A DNA stretch of 64,000 nucleotides from a virus: positions 6,721 through 70,720 of the IMG/VR virus record IMGVR_UViG_3300008050_008966; one strand, given 5' to 3'. The notes beneath the pieces were generated by a model. It had not been told where the DNA came from, made no database searches, and worked only from the letters and a program-made list of their open reading frames with translations. This document shows, one piece after another, positions 60,908-64,000 of the stretch. Positions within the stretch are counted from its first letter, which is position 1, and every line of letters begins with the position of its first letter. The position numbers were made by a program, and so were the translations under genes.

Positions 60908-61447
60908 ATGATTTTAGGCTTAGATATCAGCACAAGTATAACCGGCGCGACAGTTATTAATAACGATGGAAAAGTTGTCTTTAATGAAGCTTGGGACTTT
61001 CGAAACAAAAAATATTTTCCAACACTTTTTCACAAAGGCCGAGAAATCAAAGAATTACTTAGACAGATTGATGATGAATTTTACATTTCTTCAGTTTTTA
61101 TAGAACAATCACTTCAATCATTTCGATCTGGATTTTCATCGGCAAAGACATTATCTACATTATCTCGTTTTAACGGTATCGTTTCATGGCTATGCTATGA
61201 AGTATTTGAATTACAGCCAGAATATGTTGCTGCGACGTCCGCAAGAAAAAAATGTGGCATCAAAATCCCAAAAGGTGTCAAAGCAAAACAAGTTGTCATA
61301 CAATATGTTCTTGACAATGTACCATCTGTTCTTATAGAATATACTAAGCACGGCAATCCAAAACCACACTGTTTTGATAAAGCAGACAGTTGGGTGATTG
61401 CAAACGCAGGATATTTATGTCAGATGGAAAAAAGCGCTCAATCCTAA
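60908..61447 (+). CDS. ruvC: RuvC-like Holliday junction resolvase
   Basis: MILGLDISTSITG, VFIEQ, FNGIV, DKADS catalytic acidic residues. Confidence 0.85.
   Translation: MILGLDISTSITGATVINNDGKVVFNEAWDFRNKKYFPTLFHKGREIKELLRQIDDEFYISSVFIEQSLQSFRSGFSSAKTLSTLSRFNGIVSWLCYEVFELQPEYVAATSARKKCGIKIPKGVKAKQVVIQYVLDNVPSVLIEYTKHGNPKPHCFDKADSWVIANAGYLCQMEKSAQS
61311..61340 (+). promoter_or_regulatory. putative sigma70-type promoter upstream of the primase gene
   Basis: TTGACA (61311-61316), 18-nt spacer, TAGAAT (61335-61340), inside the resolvase gene. Confidence 0.4.
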
Positions 61448-62358
61448 GAAATGTTTTAGGTTATTATAATCAAGCTGGAAATGAACTTCTCTTCGCTTGT
61501 CCAAAATGTGATCATCACAAAAACAAACTTTCAGTTAACATTGAGCGCGATGTATTCAAATGTTGGGTTTGCGAATATGCCGGCCGCTCAGTCTATCGTT
61601 TAATTCGTCGTTATGGAAATTACGAACAGCGCAAAGAATGGGCACAATTTACACAACAAATTGATGTTTCAACTCTCGCGGAAGTTTTGCTGCAAGATGA
61701 CAAGTTCGTTGAAGAAGAACAAACTCTTGATTTGCCAAAAGAATTTGTATCTCTTGCAAACAAGAAGCTTCCAAAGACTTCTCTGTATTCTTTAAATTAT
61801 TTGGAAAGTCGAGGAATCTATAGACAAGATATTGTAAAATGGAAAATTGGATATTGCGACGAAGGCGATTTTGAATCTCGAATTATTGTTCCTTCATTTG
61901 GTTTGACCGGAAAAGCAAATTTCTTCATTGCCAGAAGTTATGGAGATGATTGGAGAAAATATAAAAATCCACAAGCCAGCAAAGATATTATTTTTAATGA
62001 GCTGTACCTGGACTTCGACGAAGATTTGATTTTGGTTGAGGGTGTTTTTGATGCGATCAAAGCTGGAGACAACGCTGTTCCAATTCTTGGTTCAACGCTG
62101 AGGGAGCATTCAAAATTGTTCCAAGAAATTGTAAAAAATGATACGCCAGTTTATATTGCTTTGGATCCGGATGTCGATAGAAAAACTTTAAAAATTATAA
62201 AGCTTTTGTTGGAATATGACATTGAAGTTCACAAAGTTGATATTCTTCCGTATAATGATGTTGGCGAAATGTCGCGAGATCAATTCTTAAAGAGAAAAGA
62301 AGATGCAACGTTTATCAAATCTTATGACTATTTAATTAATGAAATCATTAATTTGTGA
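61417..62358 (+). CDS. dnaG: DNA primase (zinc finger plus TOPRIM)
   Basis: CPKC...FKCWVC, YLESRGI, RIIVP, KYKNP, LVEGVFDAIK, ALDPD, DVGEM; start set to ATG 61417 after AGGA. Confidence 0.9.
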   Translation: MSDGKKRSILRNVLGYYNQAGNELLFACPKCDHHKNKLSVNIERDVFKCWVCEYAGRSVYRLIRRYGNYEQRKEWAQFTQQIDVSTLAEVLLQDDKFVEEEQTLDLPKEFVSLANKKLPKTSLYSLNYLESRGIYRQDIVKWKIGYCDEGDFESRIIVPSFGLTGKANFFIARSYGDDWRKYKNPQASKDIIFNELYLDFDEDLILVEGVFDAIKAGDNAVPILGSTLREHSKLFQEIVKNDTPVYIALDPDVDRKTLKIIKLLLEYDIEVHKVDILPYNDVGEMSRDQFLKRKEDATFIKSYDYLINEIINL

Positions 62359-62367
62359 GGAGCAAAA

Positions 62368-62778
62368 ATGAAAATCACGAAAGAACAACTTAAACAACTT
62401 ATTGAAGAAGAATTGGCGAATACCCTAGATGAGGCGTGGCTAGGACCCGAGGCAGATGAGGCGTGGCAAAAGAGGTCCGGCCAATACAGCCCCCACAAAG
62501 ATCCGGCAGGGTTCTACGCCGACGTGAAAAATCGTACTGCAGACCCAACAGGTACCTGGGGCCCCGACCACGATTGGCCGGAAGAAATTCAAGCTCAAAA
62601 TAAAATTGCCAGCCAGATGTATAGTCTTCTTTTACATACCATACCTCAAGTTGTTAAGTTCAAAACAACAATTGATGTACTTAGAAGCGAGTTAGCCAGT
62701 CATAACACCGACTTCTCGCGCGATGCCCTAGAGGTGCTTGACAAACAACTCGAAACCGTTAAATGGACAAAGCTTTAA
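62368..62778 (+). CDS. MKITK-leader family protein 1
   Basis: GAGGAG SD; MKITKEQLKQLIEEELANTLDEA followed by unique sequence. Confidence 0.85.
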   Translation: MKITKEQLKQLIEEELANTLDEAWLGPEADEAWQKRSGQYSPHKDPAGFYADVKNRTADPTGTWGPDHDWPEEIQAQNKIASQMYSLLLHTIPQVVKFKTTIDVLRSELASHNTDFSRDALEVLDKQLETVKWTKL

Positions 62779-62788
62779 GGAGAATAAA

Positions 62789-63022
62789 ATGAAAATCACA
62801 AAAGAACAACTTCAACAAATTATTAAAGAAGAACTTTCAAGTGTTTTGAAAGAAAGCTCTGTTGAGGACGATCTTTATGACATTTCTCAGTATATGGATG
62901 ACCTAGGTATTTATAATAAGGAAGACGGCATCAAGCGGTGGATCGCCAGCCGAGCTGATTGGAAGCCTGTGTCACCAGAGAGAGAAGGAGAGCTATTAGC
63001 TACCTTGAGTACAAGTGAGTGA
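62789..63022 (+). CDS. MKITK-leader family protein 2
   Basis: AAGGAG SD before ATG 62789; MKITKEQLQQIIKEELSSVLKES followed by unique sequence. Confidence 0.85.
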   Translation: MKITKEQLQQIIKEELSSVLKESSVEDDLYDISQYMDDLGIYNKEDGIKRWIASRADWKPVSPEREGELLATLSTSE

Positions 63023-63058
63023 TCTCAGCAATTTTGATTAAAAAAGTACAACAATTAC

Positions 63059-63371
63059 GGGGGTGAACTGGTATCGACTGAGTATTGAAAATTTAATGTG
63101 CAAGGCTGTGATGAGTGAAGGCACAGCATAAAACACTCAAACCTTAAAACGCCAACGATAACGTTGACTTTGAATACGCCCTAGCGGCTTAATCACGGGG
63201 TCGCAGTCGCCTTGTTAACCAAGACTGCAAAAAGAGTTTCCAATTTCTCTAAAGAATTGGTGGTACGCGGAGCGCTTTTAGTTTGTCAGAGTTCATAAAC
63301 TGACTAACCTTGTGAATGACAATATATTGGAAATATTTAGGACCCGGGTTCGACTCCCGGCACTTCCACCA
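63059..63371 (+). ncRNA. ssrA: tmRNA (one-piece, 313 nt)
   Basis: 5' GGGGGTG pairs with 3' CACTTCC-A-CCA including the G3.U wobble; T-arm CCGGG-TTCGACT-CCCGG; pk1 GCTGTG/CACAGC and TGAGTG/CACTCA; tag frame 63151-63192 reads ANDNVDFEYALAA*; GCAAGG/CCTTGT helix 2. Confidence 0.96.
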
Positions 63372-63395
63372 ACTACTTAATATTAGAGGATTATT

Positions 63396-63593
63396 ATGAA
63401 AATAACAAAACAACAACTAAAGCAGATTATTAAAGAAGAGTTGGAAACCGTTTTAAAAGAAGCAGATATTCAATCACGTTTTGAGAAAAAACAAGAACAA
63501 TGTTCTAAATTAAAACAAGGAAGCGATGAAAAGAAAGAATGCCTAGAGGAATTAGATGAGTTACGAGATGAAGCTGAGCGAGCCCAAATATGA
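63396..63593 (+). CDS. MKITK-leader family protein 3
   Basis: GAGGA SD; MKITKQQLKQIIKEELETVLKEA followed by a short charged helical region with two Cys. Confidence 0.85.
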   Translation: MKITKQQLKQIIKEELETVLKEADIQSRFEKKQEQCSKLKQGSDEKKECLEELDELRDEAERAQI

Positions 63594-64000
63594 AAATCAC
63601 AAAACAACAGTTAAAACAGATTATTAAAGAAGAGTTAACACAAATTTTAGAAAATGATCCATGGGCCGCAGCCAAAGGTGGCAATGTTTTTACTAGCGAT
63701 CCGGATAGTCCAGCGATTGCAGCACATATTAGTAAAATGACGCTTGACCAAATCAAAAGACAAGTAGCTAGATTAAGTAATGCATTAGCAGATATTAGAG
63801 GCGGCCAGGTAAGGCCCGATGAAGGCCGCCAGGCCATGAAGCTCGCCACAAGCTCGCTTTCTAGAAAAAGCCTCGGCAGAGTCCCGAAAGAAACTAGACG
63901 TTTACTAGATGTTTTTACCAACACTGTAGCCCAAAACGAAAAGACCGGATTGAGAAATAAGGAACAGCTCGATGCGCGCGACGAACTCCAGGCTAATCTA
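63590..64000 (+). CDS. MKITK-leader family protein 4, truncated by the window edge
   Basis: ATGA overlap with the previous stop; MKITKQQLKQIIKEELTQILENDPWAAAKGG..., open to the end of the window (absent from the ORF track). Confidence 0.85.
   Translation, partial: MKITKQQLKQIIKEELTQILENDPWAAAKGGNVFTSDPDSPAIAAHISKMTLDQIKRQVARLSNALADIRGGQVRPDEGRQAMKLATSSLSRKSLGRVPKETRRLLDVFTNTVAQNEKTGLRNKEQLDARDELQANL

Noticed and set aside
62427-62467. 14-nt direct repeat agatgaggcgtggc
   Set aside because: A single local duplication (DEAW twice) with no mobile element between the copies; too weak to call a target-site duplication.
62738-62788. Upstream start for the second MKITK gene given by the ORF track
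   Set aside because: It overlaps the previous gene; the SD and the shared leader place the start at 62789.
63059-63371. tmRNA as a host attachment site marking a prophage boundary
   Set aside because: Genes of the same MKITK family lie on both sides, and no integrase or duplicated 3' fragment is visible in the window.
63343-63371. Stand-alone tRNA
   Set aside because: The T-arm and acceptor half pair with 63059-63065 about 300 nt upstream; there is no anticodon arm, so it belongs to the tmRNA.
62368-63640. CRISPR-like array from the repeated atgaaaat...gaaga sequence
   Set aside because: The copies are degenerate at synonymous positions, start at ATG codons and are irregularly spaced by hundreds of bases; they are coding leaders.
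521-63924. The many short minus-strand and nested ORFs in the ORF track
   Set aside because: They lie antisense to or inside well-supported genes and show no motifs; only 1017..1763 is accepted on the minus strand.
1-64000. Eukaryotic giant virus origin
   Set aside because: Shine-Dalgarno sites, overlapping stop/start coupling, tmRNA, an amidase and gp25/gp6 baseplate genes indicate a bacteriophage.

Overview
The whole window looks like part of a large, AT-rich myovirus-type (probably jumbo) phage genome, with genes packed almost entirely on the + strand. From left to right: small accessory genes (nucleotidyltransferase-like protein, a lone minus-strand trypsin-like protease, PIN-PhoH, an HExxH protein, a Cas4-like nuclease); a ~16 kb glycan synthesis and modification cluster (5233-21104: several glycosyltransferases, WecB, CMAH-like MBL protein, B12 radical SAM, cupin, FabH, LbH acyltransferase, PhyH, short DegT, Gmd, short Ugd, epimerase); a gp55-like late sigma factor; a ~38 kb tail/baseplate module (spike-like and amidase genes, gp25- and gp6-like wedge proteins, 2775 aa and 3057 aa giants); a RuvC-like resolvase and a primase; and at the right end four small genes sharing an N-terminal MKITKxQLxQIIKEEL..LxE leader, with a compact phage tmRNA (63059-63371, tag ANDNVDFEYALAA) between the second and third. 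The strongest candidates for undescribed biology are: the leader-plus-variable-cargo array (possible capsid-targeting system), an S/T-G/A/S-S tripeptide concentrated in some virion proteins next to the glycan cluster (possible virion glycosylation), and strong over-representation of the palindrome GCCGGC. All assignments come from motif recognition by eye; no database searches were run.
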